From Octopus sinensis (lineage: Eukaryota), in the NCBI RefSeq assembly GCF_006345805.1, contig NC_042999.1, forward strand, positions 2,480,001 to 2,544,000: DNA of 64,000 nucleotides, read 5' to 3'. The notes below the pieces were generated by a model. It was not told where the DNA came from. It saw only the letters and a list, made by a program, of their open reading frames with translations, and ran no database searches. Below, piece after piece: positions 63,611 to 64,000 of this stretch. Positions within the stretch are counted from its first letter, which is position 1. Each line of letters begins with the position of its first letter. The position numbers and the translations under genes were made by a program.

Positions 63611-64000
63611 ACATGAAATTATATATAATATGAAGTATCTAAATATGCATATGTGTATGTTTGTACTTATTTATGTATGTACATGTGTGTATGTATATGT
63701 ACGTATATGCATGTACACGTGTCTTTATATAGTGTGCGTTAGTACACATGTCTGTGTCTTTATAGGTATTTGTGTATAGGTATTAAAGCATGTGAATTGA
63801 TTTATTAACTGTCATCTAACTAGCATCAAAGGCTTCATAAGAAATTACAATTCTGCATAACTGAAACTATAGAAAGTTTGATTCATAATTCAAATTTCCT
63901 TTCAATGTGAGCTGCATTAAATTAATGAAGACTTTCTGCTATGCCTCATGGGTTAAGATGTTTGAGTTATTGGTACTACACAACTTATGCATTGAAGTAA

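Overview
This is AT-rich, very repeat-dense animal genomic DNA. The repeat families look like those of an octopus (coleoid cephalopod); this is recognition from memory, not a database match. I found no credible host protein-coding exon. Nearly all long ORFs in the track are translations of microsatellites or SINE tails. The window is a mosaic of four tRNA-derived or RTE-tailed SINE families, decayed non-LTR retrotransposons (R4/Dong, CR1, RTE), mariner remnants, MITEs (Tc1/mariner, piggyBac-type, Helentron-type), Penelope-like element (PLE) remnants and simple repeats. The main result is a set of type I hammerhead ribozyme (HHR) motifs that the ORF track does not show. (1) A 312-342 bp tandem repeat at 3165-4445 carries one HHR per monomer, as in retrozymes, plus an inverted monomer. 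(2) Two identical HHRs with intact cores sit in a young ~340 bp inverted repeat at 54493-55767. (3) Several more decayed minimal HHRs with palindromic helix III occur, one lying downstream of a GIY-YIG PLE remnant. Also notable: two SINE multimers each bounded by a single target-site duplication, R4 elements confined to (TAA)n tracts, several long hairpins, and a templated insertion. All structures were folded by eye and none is experimentally tested.
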